The position numbers and the translations under genes were made by a program. The notes below the pieces were generated by a model that was given only the letters and a program-made list of their open reading frames with translations, had not been told where the DNA came from and searched no databases. Below, in pieces: positions 1 to 8,879 of a stretch of 64,000 nt of DNA (its first letter is position 1; the number at the start of each line of letters is the position of its first letter). Source of the DNA: an uncultured Actinomyces sp. (GTDB lineage Bacteria > Actinomycetota > Actinomycetes > S36-B12); the NCBI GenBank assembly GCA_964537955.1, contig CAZICY010000004.1:9316-73315 (forward strand). Reading direction: 5' to 3'.

Positions 1-698
1 ACGGCCGCGAGCAGATCGCGGACCCACGTGGCCGAGGCGCCCGAGCAGCCCTGGTGCTCAGCGACAGTGCGCGCGGACATCACGGCGGCGGCGACAGTGG
101 GAGCAGCCAGCTCCAGTCCACGGCGCTTCGAGGCGTCCTGGAGCTCTCGGTAGGCGTGCGCGATGCCTGTGCGCACGGTCCCCAGTCGGCGCGGCGGAGT
201 CGTGAGGAGGTTGACGAGGATCGTGACGAGGCCGCCGATGACGAAGTAGCCCATGTCGAGCAGGGCGATGCCGACGACCACCTCGGCGCCGGCATAGAAG
301 GCGAAGAGCACGAGGGCGAGCACGCCGATGAGGCCCCCGCGCGGGCCTAGCGCTCCCGCGTAGCCGCAGGCGAATGCCAGCAGAATCGCGATCACGACAT
401 GGATCACCCGGAAGTCGCTCACCAGTCCGCCGAGCAGCACCCCGACGCTGACCCAGAGCGTGGCCCAGAGCATCCCGCGCAACCGCACGGCTCGGGAGTC
501 GGGACTGTCTGCGATCGCGACGAAAAGCAGGCCGATCGACACGGACATGGCGGCGTCCAGGCGCCCGACGGCCAGGCCGATAAGGAGGGCGATCGCGATG
601 AGGCTGCCCGTCCTCAGGCCCGGGATCCATTGGACCTGCGAGCGCTGGAGCCTCAGGCACGCGCGGAGGGCCTCCTGTGCGACCCTCCCTTGATCCAT
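1..698 (-). CDS. FUSC-family (aromatic acid exporter/YccS-like) integral membrane protein, partial; C-terminus lies beyond the window start
   Basis: Hand translation from ATG (complement 696-698) gives MDQGRVAQEALRACLRLQRSQVQWIPGLRTGSLIAIALLIGLAVGRLDAAMSVSIGLLFVAIADSP.... It has multiple hydrophobic helices and stays open to position 1. It is absent from the ORF track because no stop lies in the window. Confidence 0.5.
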   Translation of the reverse strand, partial: MDQGRVAQEALRACLRLQRSQVQWIPGLRTGSLIAIALLIGLAVGRLDAAMSVSIGLLFVAIADSPDSRAVRLRGMLWATLWVSVGVLLGGLVSDFRVIHVVIAILLAFACGYAGALGPRGGLIGVLALVLFAFYAGAEVVVGIALLDMGYFVIGGLVTILVNLLTTPPRRLGTVRTGIAHAYRELQDASKRRGLELAAPTVAAAVMSARTVAEHQGCSGASATWVRDLLAA

Positions 699-790
699 GC
701 CCGGAGTATGCCCGTCGGTGCTAGCGTCCGCCCTAACTCCACCGAACGGTGGCCACGTGTCTCGGGCACGTTCACACGAAGGGGTCCCCT

Positions 791-1093
791 ATGAGCCGCT
801 CCCGTATCGCCACCATTGCGACAGCAGCAGTTGCCGCTGCACTGCTCACTCTCACCGCGTGCGGCGGTGGCGGGGGATCATCGACCGACAACTCCGCGCT
901 CGTCGACGAGATCATGGCTGAGATCGGCGACGAAGGCATGCCTGAGGGCGCCAAGGACTGCATCAAGCAGGGCCTCAGCGGCTACAGCACCGAGGAGCTC
1001 ACCGCCCTGCGCGACGGCGAGACCGACGCGGATGTGCCCGTCGAATTGCAGGAGAAGGTCATCGCCATGATGACCAGCTGCGTCACGGAGTAG
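791..1093 (+). CDS. Small lipoprotein, unknown function
   Basis: Internal ATG at 791 is preceded by GAAGGGG. Signal MSRSRIATIATAAVAAALLTLTAC carries a lipobox (LTAC) followed by a Gly-rich linker. Confidence 0.6.
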   Translation: MSRSRIATIATAAVAAALLTLTACGGGGGSSTDNSALVDEIMAEIGDEGMPEGAKDCIKQGLSGYSTEELTALRDGETDADVPVELQEKVIAMMTSCVTE

Positions 1094-1124
1094 TCGCCCC
1101 GCACTGCGTGAAGGCCCGCTGGAT

Positions 1125-2027
1125 CTAGTCGATCCGGTGGGCCTTCAGCGTGTAGGTGAGCGGCAGGCGCTCCGGCCGCTCGAGCAGGCGCCACTCGCCG
1201 TCATCGCCCTCGGCCATCTTGCCGGGCAGCGCCTCCCAGGGACAGCTGTCGTGCTCGACCAGCAGGTCCAAGGCCATGCCGGTGTCGAGCACGGCCATCA
1301 CGGTCTCGCCGATGCCATGGTTCCACGAGTGCGACACGTCCGCTCGGAAGGTCGTGTCGACGGGCAGGTAGCTGCCGTCATGCTCGTCGGTGATGGGAGC
1401 GGCAACCTCGAAGTAGGGGTAGCCCGCGACGAGCTCATCGTCGATGGACTCGTCCATCGCCCAGAGCATCGGGTGCCCCTCACGGATGAAGAGGAACCCG
1501 CCGGGGCGCAGCAGGTCATGCACGACCTGGGCCCAGCGGCGCACGTCGGGCAGCCAGCACAGGGCCCCGATCCCGGTGAAGACGAAGTCGAAGCGCTCAC
1601 GCCCCAGCGCCTCGACCGCGGCATAGACGTCGGACTGCACGAAGTCGACGGCCGCCCCCGCCGCCTCCGCGAGAGCGCGCGCCTGTGCGAGTGACTCGCC
1701 GGAGAAGTCCAGGCCTGTCATCCGTGCACCGCGACGTGCCAGCGACACCGTGTCGGTGCCGATGTGGCACTGCAGGTGCGCACCTTCGAGCCCGCTGACC
1801 TCGCCGAGGAGCGGGATGTCGAAGCGCACGATGTCGCTGAGGTACGCCGGGTCGTCGTGGAAGTGACGCACTCGATAGCCGTCGGCACGCGCGTGCGCGG
1901 GGGCTCGCTCGTCCCAGGCGGCGAGATTGTCGCGGTAGTAGCGGCCGTCGATGACCCCTGACCCCGTCGTCGCCTTGGCCTTCGTCCCCTTGGCTCGAGA
2001 GCGGGGCGACTTGCCTGTCGTGGCCAT
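1125..2027 (-). CDS. Class I SAM-dependent methyltransferase
   Basis: 300-aa ORF with a methyltransferase-like core (ARMTGLDFSGESLAQARALAEAAGAAVDFVQSDVY ... FDFVFTGIGALCWLPD). Confidence 0.65.
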   Translation of the reverse strand: MATTGKSPRSRAKGTKAKATTGSGVIDGRYYRDNLAAWDERAPAHARADGYRVRHFHDDPAYLSDIVRFDIPLLGEVSGLEGAHLQCHIGTDTVSLARRGARMTGLDFSGESLAQARALAEAAGAAVDFVQSDVYAAVEALGRERFDFVFTGIGALCWLPDVRRWAQVVHDLLRPGGFLFIREGHPMLWAMDESIDDELVAGYPYFEVAAPITDEHDGSYLPVDTTFRADVSHSWNHGIGETVMAVLDTGMALDLLVEHDSCPWEALPGKMAEGDDGEWRLLERPERLPLTYTLKAHRID

Positions 2028-2100
2028 GTCGCCACCCTAGGACGCGACCGCGATGGCGTGGCAGGCCAGGCGGCGCTCGGCGCGGGCATAGGCTCGACAA

Positions 2101-3213
2101 GTGAGCGCTGCCGCCCCTGAGCCCGTCATCGAGGCCGCGCGCCAGGGCGGCTGGAAGTCCTGGCTGCCCAAGATCATCCTCACGGTCCTCGGCATTGCGC
2201 TGGCCTACTTCATCTTCGACTACATGGCCAACAACTTCGGGGGCTTCGAGCAGGGCGTGAAGGCTGCCTTCTCCATGCCTCTCGTGTGGACCGCTGCTGC
2301 CATCGTCGCTGCGATCGTCGCGATCGGCGTCTATCCGCTCACCGCGCCCGCGGCAATCCCCAAGCTCGGCTACGTCCCTGCCTTCGTCGATCGCCAGGGC
2401 GGCTTCGCGATCTCCACCACGATCCCCTTCGGCGGCGGCCCCATCGCCGTCGCCACCCAGTACGCCATTCTCGCTCGCTACGGCGTGCAGCAGCGCCTCG
2501 CGGCCGCAGCAGTCGCGGCGGATGCCATCTGGACCTACCTCATGACCTTCGGCGCGCCCGGGGTCGCGCTCATCCTGCTGTGGGTCTTCGAGAGGCGGAC
2601 GCTCACCGGCAGTGAATGCGGTGCGATCCCGTGCGAGACGATCGACGCGATCATCATCATCGCCGGACTCATCTGCCTGATCTCGATGCTGGGCATCGCC
2701 GTCGTCCTGCGCAGCCGCTCCAACGCGCAGCGCGTGGGGGAGTTCGCCCAGGGCGCGATCGGCGGGATCTTCCGGCTCGTCAAGCGCACGCCCCCCAACG
2801 TGGTCGAGAGCGTGGTGGGATTCAACGACACCGCGTCCGAGATGGTCGGGACCCGCTGGGTGCCCATCACGATCACCAATATCCTCGCCCAGCTCACGCC
2901 GATGTTCGTCGTGCTCGCAGCACTGCGTGGCGTTGGGGCCGAGCAGGTCACGGTGCTCGAGGTGTTCGCCGCCTTTTCCGTGGCCCTGCTGCTCACCACC
3001 GTGCCGCTCGCGCCCGGGGGCGCGGGCACCGTCGACGCGGCCCTCATCGGCATGCTCGTCGCGTTCGGGGCGACCTTCGAGCAGGCCGTCGCTGCCGACG
3101 TGATCTGGCGGGCGTTCTGCTTCCTGCCCCAGATGGTGCTCGGCTGGATAGCCGTGGGCTACTTCGCGCTCCGCCAGCGCCTCGCACGACGCAAGGCGGC
3201 TGCGGCGAGCTAG
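2101..3213 (+). CDS. Polytopic membrane protein, flippase-like/UPF0104 (LPG-synthase TM-region-like)
   Basis: 370-aa GTG-start ORF with about 8 predicted TM helices and a basic C-terminus. The family assignment is by general resemblance only. Confidence 0.45.
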   Translation: MSAAAPEPVIEAARQGGWKSWLPKIILTVLGIALAYFIFDYMANNFGGFEQGVKAAFSMPLVWTAAAIVAAIVAIGVYPLTAPAAIPKLGYVPAFVDRQGGFAISTTIPFGGGPIAVATQYAILARYGVQQRLAAAAVAADAIWTYLMTFGAPGVALILLWVFERRTLTGSECGAIPCETIDAIIIIAGLICLISMLGIAVVLRSRSNAQRVGEFAQGAIGGIFRLVKRTPPNVVESVVGFNDTASEMVGTRWVPITITNILAQLTPMFVVLAALRGVGAEQVTVLEVFAAFSVALLLTTVPLAPGGAGTVDAALIGMLVAFGATFEQAVAADVIWRAFCFLPQMVLGWIAVGYFALRQRLARRKAAAAS

Positions 3214-3428
3214 TGGGCGTCGCCCGCGTGGGCCATTTCCCTGTCGAGCCCTCGGCCGTACATCAGCAGCGAGACGACGGTCCAGATCGCGTAGGCGATC
3301 AGGAGCGGGATGTAGGTCACGTAGTTCTGCGCGAGGAAGCTGAAGATGAGATACACCAGGGCGACGAGGACCCAGCCGGTGATGATGGCCGACACCAGAT
3401 GCGACTTGGCGACCTCATGCGTGCCCAT
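3210..3428 (-). CDS. Small two-TM membrane protein, unknown function
   Basis: 72-aa ORF (…LVSAIITGWVLVALVYLIFSFLAQNYVTYIPLLIAYAIWTVVSLLMYG…) with a clean hydrophobic pattern. It is convergent with the upstream gene and overlaps it by 4 nt. Confidence 0.5.
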   Translation of the reverse strand: MGTHEVAKSHLVSAIITGWVLVALVYLIFSFLAQNYVTYIPLLIAYAIWTVVSLLMYGRGLDREMAHAGDAH

Positions 3429-3506
3429 GGCGACTCCTTCCTCGACGACCCCTTCACCCTAGTGGGGGGGCCTGCGAGCGGGGTGGCACCCCGGGGAATG
3501 ACAGCA

Positions 3507-3554
3507 CGGGGCGGCCCGCCCGGGTCAGGACGGGGCGGCCCGCCCGGATCAGGG
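3507..3554. repeat. Tandem duplication of a 24-nt GC-rich hairpin unit
   Basis: cggggcggcccgcccgggtcagga / cggggcggcccgcccggatcaggg. Each unit contains the palindrome GGGCGG-CC-CGCCC. It lies in the divergent intergenic region between 3428 and 3617. Confidence 0.6.
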
Positions 3555-3616
3555 TCATCCGAACGGGGGATGCGCTCACCGCGCGACCCACCCCGCCGCG
3601 CCTCTACCTTCGGGGG

Positions 3617-4093
3617 ATGCGCTCACTCGCCGCCCTGGCCCTCGCGGGCACCGTCCTGCTCGTCACGGCGTGCTCAGCGGGCACGTCGGCGTCCGCCGAC
3701 GATCCCTCCGGCTTGCCTGCGGCCAGCAGCACCGCCGCGGCAGCACCCGAGTCGGCAGCACCCGAGTCAGCGGCACCCGAGTCGGCAGCACCGGAGTCGG
3801 CAGCGCCGGCGGCGCCACAGAAGCCCAGTGCCGCGGACATGGAGACCGATCGGCTCGCCGATGCGGTCCTGGAGCAGCTCAAGATCGAGTGGCCCGACAC
3901 CCTGAGCGATCAGCTCATCACGATCGCGCTGAGCCCGCTCATGCGCCAACTCGCCTCGACCGCGGACGTCACCACCCGCGTCGCCTCGAAGGGCCCCAAG
4001 GTGACCCTCACTCTCTCCGGTGAGGACAGCACGTGCGTCATCACCGTCACCGACGCGCCGCGCGCGCGAGGCGTGGTCTGCAAGGCAGCCTGA
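3617..4093 (+). CDS. Lipoprotein with (APESA)4 tandem repeat linker
   Basis: Signal MRSLAALALAGTVLLVTAC (lipobox), followed by a low-complexity linker and a globular C-terminal part. Confidence 0.65.
   Translation: MRSLAALALAGTVLLVTACSAGTSASADDPSGLPAASSTAAAAPESAAPESAAPESAAPESAAPAAPQKPSAADMETDRLADAVLEQLKIEWPDTLSDQLITIALSPLMRQLASTADVTTRVASKGPKVTLTLSGEDSTCVITVTDAPRARGVVCKAA
3740..3799 (+). repeat. 4 x 15-nt in-frame tandem repeat (gcagcacccgagtcg)
   Basis: Four consecutive near-identical 15-mers encode APESA. They lie inside the lipoprotein CDS. Confidence 0.9.
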
Positions 4094-4096
4094 CGC

Positions 4097-4675
4097 TCAC
4101 TCCTGCACGCTGTAGCGGTGCAGCAGCACCGCCCGGACCGCTTCATCGAGCCGCGCTCCGGTGAGGGGCGGCCCGCCGTCGAGCACCTCGCCCATGAGCA
4201 GCAGGGACACGATCTCGCCGGTCTCACCGTGCTCGGGCGGCGCGTAGCCGGGGACATCGAGCAGCGCGAGACCGCATCTTTCGTAGAAGGCAATGCGCCG
4301 GCGATCGTCCTGCGCGTGTGCGCCCATGGGCTTCTCGACATCGAGCAGGAGTACGCCGATGCCATCGGCGCGCAGGGCCTCGCGCAGGTGCGCGACCAGC
4401 TGGCTGCCGAGGCCGCCGTCACGGCGGGATGGGTCTACGGCGAGGTAGCGGACGAACGCCATCGCTGTCTCGCCCAATCGCCGGATGAGCACGATGCCCA
4501 CGACTGTCGCGTCTCCTCGGGTGAGCACCATGAAGCGCTCGTCGGGGCGGTGCGCGACGAGAGCAGTCCAGGGTGCGCGCAGGCTCGGCGGGAACGACGC
4601 CTCGTAGATCGTGCGCGCGACTGCATCGTCGGGAGCGGAGTAGTCGCGCAGGATCGTGTCGGTCACGGCAGCCAT
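4097..4675 (-). CDS. GNAT-family N-acetyltransferase
   Basis: 192-aa ORF with a typical acetyl-CoA-binding segment (YLAVDPSRRDGGLGSQLVAHLREAL). Confidence 0.7.
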   Translation of the reverse strand: MAAVTDTILRDYSAPDDAVARTIYEASFPPSLRAPWTALVAHRPDERFMVLTRGDATVVGIVLIRRLGETAMAFVRYLAVDPSRRDGGLGSQLVAHLREALRADGIGVLLLDVEKPMGAHAQDDRRRIAFYERCGLALLDVPGYAPPEHGETGEIVSLLLMGEVLDGGPPLTGARLDEAVRAVLLHRYSVQE

Positions 4676-6198
4676 GCTCCCGCCTCGGCGTCCCAGGTGC
4701 GCCCGGCGACGAGCTCGGGCTTGGCGACGCGCTCCGAGGGAGTGCGCGGCAGGTCGGCGCGGGCCTCCCAGTAGCGGGGCACCTTGAAGCGCGCGATGCG
4801 CTCGGTGCAGAAGGGGCCCAACTCTGCGGCTGCCTGCTCGGCATCGCGGTCGTCGGTGAGCACGAGGTAGGCCTTGACCTCCTCCCCGCGGATCTCGTCG
4901 GGCACTCCCACGACCGCAGCCATGCGCACGGCCGGGTGCGAGAGCAGCGTGTCCTCGACTTCGCGGGCGGCGATGTTCTCGCCGGCGCGGCGCACGACCT
5001 CCTTGAGCCGGCCGACCAGGGTGATCACCCCGGCCTCGTCGCGGCGGGCGAGATCCCCGGTGTGCAGCCAGCCGCCGCGAAACACCTCAGCCGTCGCCTC
5101 GGGCTCGTCGTCGTAGCCCGACATCATCCCCGGCCCGCGCAGGACGAGCTCGCCGATCGCGTCCGCGGGCAGGTCGGCGCCGTCGGTGTCGACAATGCGC
5201 GCCTCGCGGCCGGGCTTGGCCACTCCGATCGCACCCGAGCCGACGAGGGAGTCGTGCTCGAGGTCGGTGACGTGGATGTCACCGCCGGTCTCGGTCATGC
5301 CGAACACTTCGAACCACGGTGTGCCCCAGCGTTCCTCGAGTTCCGCGTGGCGCGCAGGCGGGATCGCCGAGCACTGGATGACGCGCACGCGATGATCTCG
5401 ATCGCGCGGGTCCGGGGCCGTGGTGAGCATGAGCACCGGCATGGACGCCAGGCAGTAGAAGTAGGTGACGCCGTGCTCGCGCACGCGGTCCCAGAAGCTC
5501 GACGGGTGGAATCCGTCGAGCACGACGAGCGAGGCTCCGCTCACCAGCGATGCAGCGAGGTTCCACTGCGGGTCCATGTAGGACATCGCCTGCGCCGTGA
5601 GCATCCGATCGTCGGGCGTGAGGCGCGGGAATCCGTCGACGAGGCTGGTAGCCAGATGCAGCCAGTAGCGGTGGGAGAGAAGGCATCCCTTCGGGTGACC
5701 CGTGGTGCCCGAAGTGAACTGCACGTTGACGACGTCATCCGGGTCGTGCACATCGGGCAGGGGCGCGTCGTCATCGGCATCCTCGGCGAAGGCGGCCACG
5801 TCGATGACGGGGACGTCCACGGGTGCGATGCCCGCGACGAGCTCCGGTGTCGTGACCAGCACGATCGCGCGCGACTTGGCGAGGATCCAGCCGGCATCGT
5901 CTCGGCGCAGCCTGGTGTTGAGCGGCACGCAGGCCGCTCCGAGGCGCGCGAGCGCGAGCCAGGTGAGCGCAGCCTCAGGCCTATTGCGCAGGAGCACGGC
6001 CACGCGGTCGCCCGCTCGCACCCCGCGCGCCCGAAGGTGGCGTGCGATCCGGTCGGTCCCCTCGGCGACCTGCGCGAAGGTGAGGCGCGCAGACTCCTCC
6101 GGCCCATCGCGCAGGTCGAAGACCCAGGCCGTTGCGTCAGGCCACAGATCAGCAGCACGGCGCACGGCCTCGGGCAGGGTGTGCGGGGCATCGTGCAC
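4663..6198 (-). CDS. AMP-dependent synthetase/ligase (acyl-CoA synthetase family)
   Basis: 511 aa with the AMP-binding motif FTSGTTGHPKG, plus GWLHTGDLARRDEAG and the C-terminal lysine region FKVPRYW. Confidence 0.85.
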   Translation of the reverse strand: MHDAPHTLPEAVRRAADLWPDATAWVFDLRDGPEESARLTFAQVAEGTDRIARHLRARGVRAGDRVAVLLRNRPEAALTWLALARLGAACVPLNTRLRRDDAGWILAKSRAIVLVTTPELVAGIAPVDVPVIDVAAFAEDADDDAPLPDVHDPDDVVNVQFTSGTTGHPKGCLLSHRYWLHLATSLVDGFPRLTPDDRMLTAQAMSYMDPQWNLAASLVSGASLVVLDGFHPSSFWDRVREHGVTYFYCLASMPVLMLTTAPDPRDRDHRVRVIQCSAIPPARHAELEERWGTPWFEVFGMTETGGDIHVTDLEHDSLVGSGAIGVAKPGREARIVDTDGADLPADAIGELVLRGPGMMSGYDDEPEATAEVFRGGWLHTGDLARRDEAGVITLVGRLKEVVRRAGENIAAREVEDTLLSHPAVRMAAVVGVPDEIRGEEVKAYLVLTDDRDAEQAAAELGPFCTERIARFKVPRYWEARADLPRTPSERVAKPELVAGRTWDAEAGAWLP

Positions 6199-6199
6199 G

Positions 6200-7714
6200 T
6201 CAGTACCTCAGCGGACAGACGACATCGCGCCGCGGGATCTTGAGGTTGACGAGGTAGCGGGTGATGGGGCGATCGACGCAGGAGGTGGTGCGGCCGTAGA
6301 CGATGTGGTGCGTCCCGCCGTACTGCACCGTCCGCGCGCCTGCGAAGGCGCGCGACATCTCCACGGCGGCTGTCCAGGGCGTGCGGTTGTCGGCGAAAGC
6401 ATTGGCGATCAGCGGCGCTGTCGTGAGCGTGATCGGCGCGAGGATCTGCGGAATCGGCCGGCCGAAGCGGGGGAGTCCGGCGCACTGCGCGCCCTCGCGG
6501 AGCACTGCCTGGCCGACGTGCACCCCGCCCGCTGCGGCTCCCTCGCGTGCGATTTCCGCGAGCCTGGCGGCCGTGGGCCGGTCGGGCATGTCTGAGCAGT
6601 TGACGTAGGTCCACTGCGGGCCGAACCACCCCTTGGACACAGGCCCATCGGAGGGCGTGAGCATGCGGGCTGCGGCGTCGACGGACTGCTGACGCTCGCG
6701 CGCGTCACGCGCGCGCAGGCCCGCGTCGACGCGATCGAGCAGGGCTGCGACGGAGCTCCACGTGGACTGGTAGGAAGCCCAGCTGATGATGTCCTTGCCC
6801 ACGGTCCAGCGCGTGATGCGGCTGCCGTCGCTGGAGCGCAGGGTGCGCGTCTGCAGGGACGACATGACCCGGTCGTACTTTGCGCGGTACGCCGGTCCGA
6901 GCGCGCTGAGCATCGTGTCGATAGCCAGGGGGTCGTCCCAGGTGTGCTCCCGGGCCCACAACTCGATCGTGGACAGCGGCGAGATGACACCGTCCAGCAG
7001 GAGGGCGCGCACGCGATCGGGGAAGTACTGGGCGTAGGCGCGACCGACCGTGGACCCGTAGCTCATGCCCCAGAAGGTGAGGTTCTCCTCGCCGAGTGCA
7101 GCGCGCAGCGCGTCCAGGTCGCGCACGAGCTGCCATGTGCCGACGTACGGCGCATGCCGACGGTTGGCGTCGAAGCAGCCCGCCGCGGCCTCGCCGTTGA
7201 CACGCAGGTACTTATCGGCCCAGGCATCCCAGTCGACCGGGCCGGTCTTGGGGGGAGCGATGTCCTTGACGCTGCACCCGGAGATGCTCGGCTCCGAGCC
7301 GCCCACACCGCGCGGATCCCAGGCCACGATGTCGAATCGGTCCCGCACCCGCTGGGGGAGCATGCCCTGCACCCACGTGATGTTCGAGACCGCTGCCGAC
7401 CCGGGGCCGCCCGGGTTGAAGGTGAGGACGCCGATGCGCTCCGACGGCTTCTCCGCGGGGATTCGCGCCACCGAGATGCGGTAGGTGCCGTCCACTCGCC
7501 GGTCGCCCCAGTCGCGCGGCACGGTGAGAGTGGCGCAGCGCGCCTTGCTGGGCATGGAGGATCCGCAGGCGCGCCAGTCGAGCGAGGCGCGGGGTGCGGG
7601 CTCGGAGCGAACCGGTGGTGAGTCGGGCAAGCCTGGGGCAGCAGTCGCCGGCGCCGTGCCGATGAACGGCACGCACACGGCCAGGCTGGCGAAGACGATC
7701 CCGGCCCTGCGCAC
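6200..7714 (-). CDS. Secreted alpha/beta hydrolase, Streptomyces tripeptidyl-aminopeptidase (Tap)-like
   Basis: GTG at complement 7712-7714 gives signal VRRAGIVFASLAVCVPFIGTAPATAAPG. The nucleophile elbow is FWGMSYGS. The 614-aa track ORF overlaps the next real gene, so I trimmed its N-terminal extension. Confidence 0.7.
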   Translation of the reverse strand: MRRAGIVFASLAVCVPFIGTAPATAAPGLPDSPPVRSEPAPRASLDWRACGSSMPSKARCATLTVPRDWGDRRVDGTYRISVARIPAEKPSERIGVLTFNPGGPGSAAVSNITWVQGMLPQRVRDRFDIVAWDPRGVGGSEPSISGCSVKDIAPPKTGPVDWDAWADKYLRVNGEAAAGCFDANRRHAPYVGTWQLVRDLDALRAALGEENLTFWGMSYGSTVGRAYAQYFPDRVRALLLDGVISPLSTIELWAREHTWDDPLAIDTMLSALGPAYRAKYDRVMSSLQTRTLRSSDGSRITRWTVGKDIISWASYQSTWSSVAALLDRVDAGLRARDARERQQSVDAAARMLTPSDGPVSKGWFGPQWTYVNCSDMPDRPTAARLAEIAREGAAAGGVHVGQAVLREGAQCAGLPRFGRPIPQILAPITLTTAPLIANAFADNRTPWTAAVEMSRAFAGARTVQYGGTHHIVYGRTTSCVDRPITRYLVNLKIPRRDVVCPLRY

Positions 7715-7736
7715 ACCGTCATGGTAGGCGCTGCGT

Positions 7737-8075
7737 CTAGTCGAAGAGCTCCTCGAGGAAGCTCTTGCGCTTCTTGTAGGGCTTCTTGCCCCGGTAGTCG
7801 TCGTACCCCCGGTCGTAGCGCTGGTCGTAGCCCTGGTCATACGCCGGCGGCATGGCGTAGCCCGGCTGCGAGGGAGGTGCGGCCGGCGGGGCTGCAGGTG
7901 CCTGGGGTGGGGCGGCCACACGGTCGGCCCAGGAGTTCTCGCCATCGATGAGGCGCTCGAGCTCGCCTCGGTCGAGGAAGATGCCGCGACACTCGGTGCA
8001 CTGGTCGACGTGGACGCCACTGCGCTCGTAGGTGCGCATGTCACCGTGGCATTTGGGGCAGGTGAGTGTGCTCAT
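7737..8075 (-). CDS. TFIIB-type zinc-ribbon domain protein with Pro/Tyr-rich tail
   Basis: CPKCHGDM…DQCTECRGIFLDRGELERL is the typical zf-TFIIB/DUF-type CxxC…CxxC ribbon. Confidence 0.7.
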   Translation of the reverse strand: MSTLTCPKCHGDMRTYERSGVHVDQCTECRGIFLDRGELERLIDGENSWADRVAAPPQAPAAPPAAPPSQPGYAMPPAYDQGYDQRYDRGYDDYRGKKPYKKRKSFLEELFD

Positions 8076-8123
8076 CGCTCCACTGTGCCCGGGGGTCCTG
8101 ACGCTGGCAAATCGGGCCGCGCC

Positions 8124-8543
8124 CTAGAGCAGGCGGTCGATGGTGCTTGCGAGTGCCGGCTCGGGTTGGGCGCCGACGACACGATCCACCGGCGTGCCGT
8201 CACGTAGGAAGACGAGGGTGGGGATGGAGCTCGCGTCGTATGTGCGCGCGACCTGGGGGTTATCGTCGACGTTGACCTTGACGACCTTCAACCTGCCGGC
8301 ATAGCGCTCCGCGAGTCGCTCGAGCACGGGGGCCACCATTCGACACGGTCCGCACCAGGGTGCCCACAGGTCGACCAGGACGAGTTCGCCTGTCTTCGTC
8401 ACCTGCGCGAAGTCCGCATCCGTCGCGTCGGCAATCCAGGGCAGGTCGCGCTTGCACGAAGCACACCGCGGGCGCCCTGATGCGGCGGCAGGGACGCGGT
8501 TCTTCGTCTGGCACGAGGGGCAGGCGGTGATGCGACCGGGCAT
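8124..8543 (-). CDS. trxC: Thioredoxin 2-type thioredoxin (N-terminal zinc finger + WCGPC active site)
   Basis: CPSCQTKNR…CASCKRDL is followed by the WAPWCGPCRMVAP redox motif. Confidence 0.8.
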   Translation of the reverse strand: MPGRITACPSCQTKNRVPAAASGRPRCASCKRDLPWIADATDADFAQVTKTGELVLVDLWAPWCGPCRMVAPVLERLAERYAGRLKVVKVNVDDNPQVARTYDASSIPTLVFLRDGTPVDRVVGAQPEPALASTIDRLL

Positions 8544-8595
8544 GACTCAAGGGTACGCCGGGCACGCTCCTTGACACCCGGCCTAGCGTTGAGTC

Positions 8596-8853
8596 ATGAC
8601 AGATGACAGCGCTCGTCAGCAGGCGATCCATCGACTCCATCAGCGCCGCGGCTTCCTCAACTACGTCATCGGGGCCGTGGTCATCTCGCTCTTCATGGTG
8701 CTCATCTGGTTCCTCAGCGGTCAGGGCTACTTCTGGCCGGTCTGGGTGATGGGCGGCTTCCTCATCGGCGCGATTTTCTACGGCGTCAACAACATGATGA
8801 ACAAGCCGCTCACGGAGGATCAGATCCAGCGGGAGATGCAGAAGGGCTCGTAG
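8596..8853 (+). CDS. 2TM-domain small membrane protein
   Basis: 85 aa. HQRRGFLNYVIGAVVISLFMVLIW…WPVWVMGGFLIGAIFYG matches the 2TM-domain pattern. Confidence 0.6.
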   Translation: MTDDSARQQAIHRLHQRRGFLNYVIGAVVISLFMVLIWFLSGQGYFWPVWVMGGFLIGAIFYGVNNMMNKPLTEDQIQREMQKGS

Positions 8854-8879
8854 GAGCAAAAGGCGCTAGCCTGCGCGCC

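Noticed and set aside
4573-6243. 556-aa plus-strand ORF
   Set aside because: It is antisense to the acyl-CoA synthetase gene, which carries clear AMP-binding motifs, and it has low-complexity Arg/Gly composition.
7715-8044. N-terminal extension of the Tap-like hydrolase ORF (track 6200-8044)
   Set aside because: It overlaps the convincing zinc-ribbon gene (7737-8075) in another frame. A GTG at 7714 gives a proper signal peptide.
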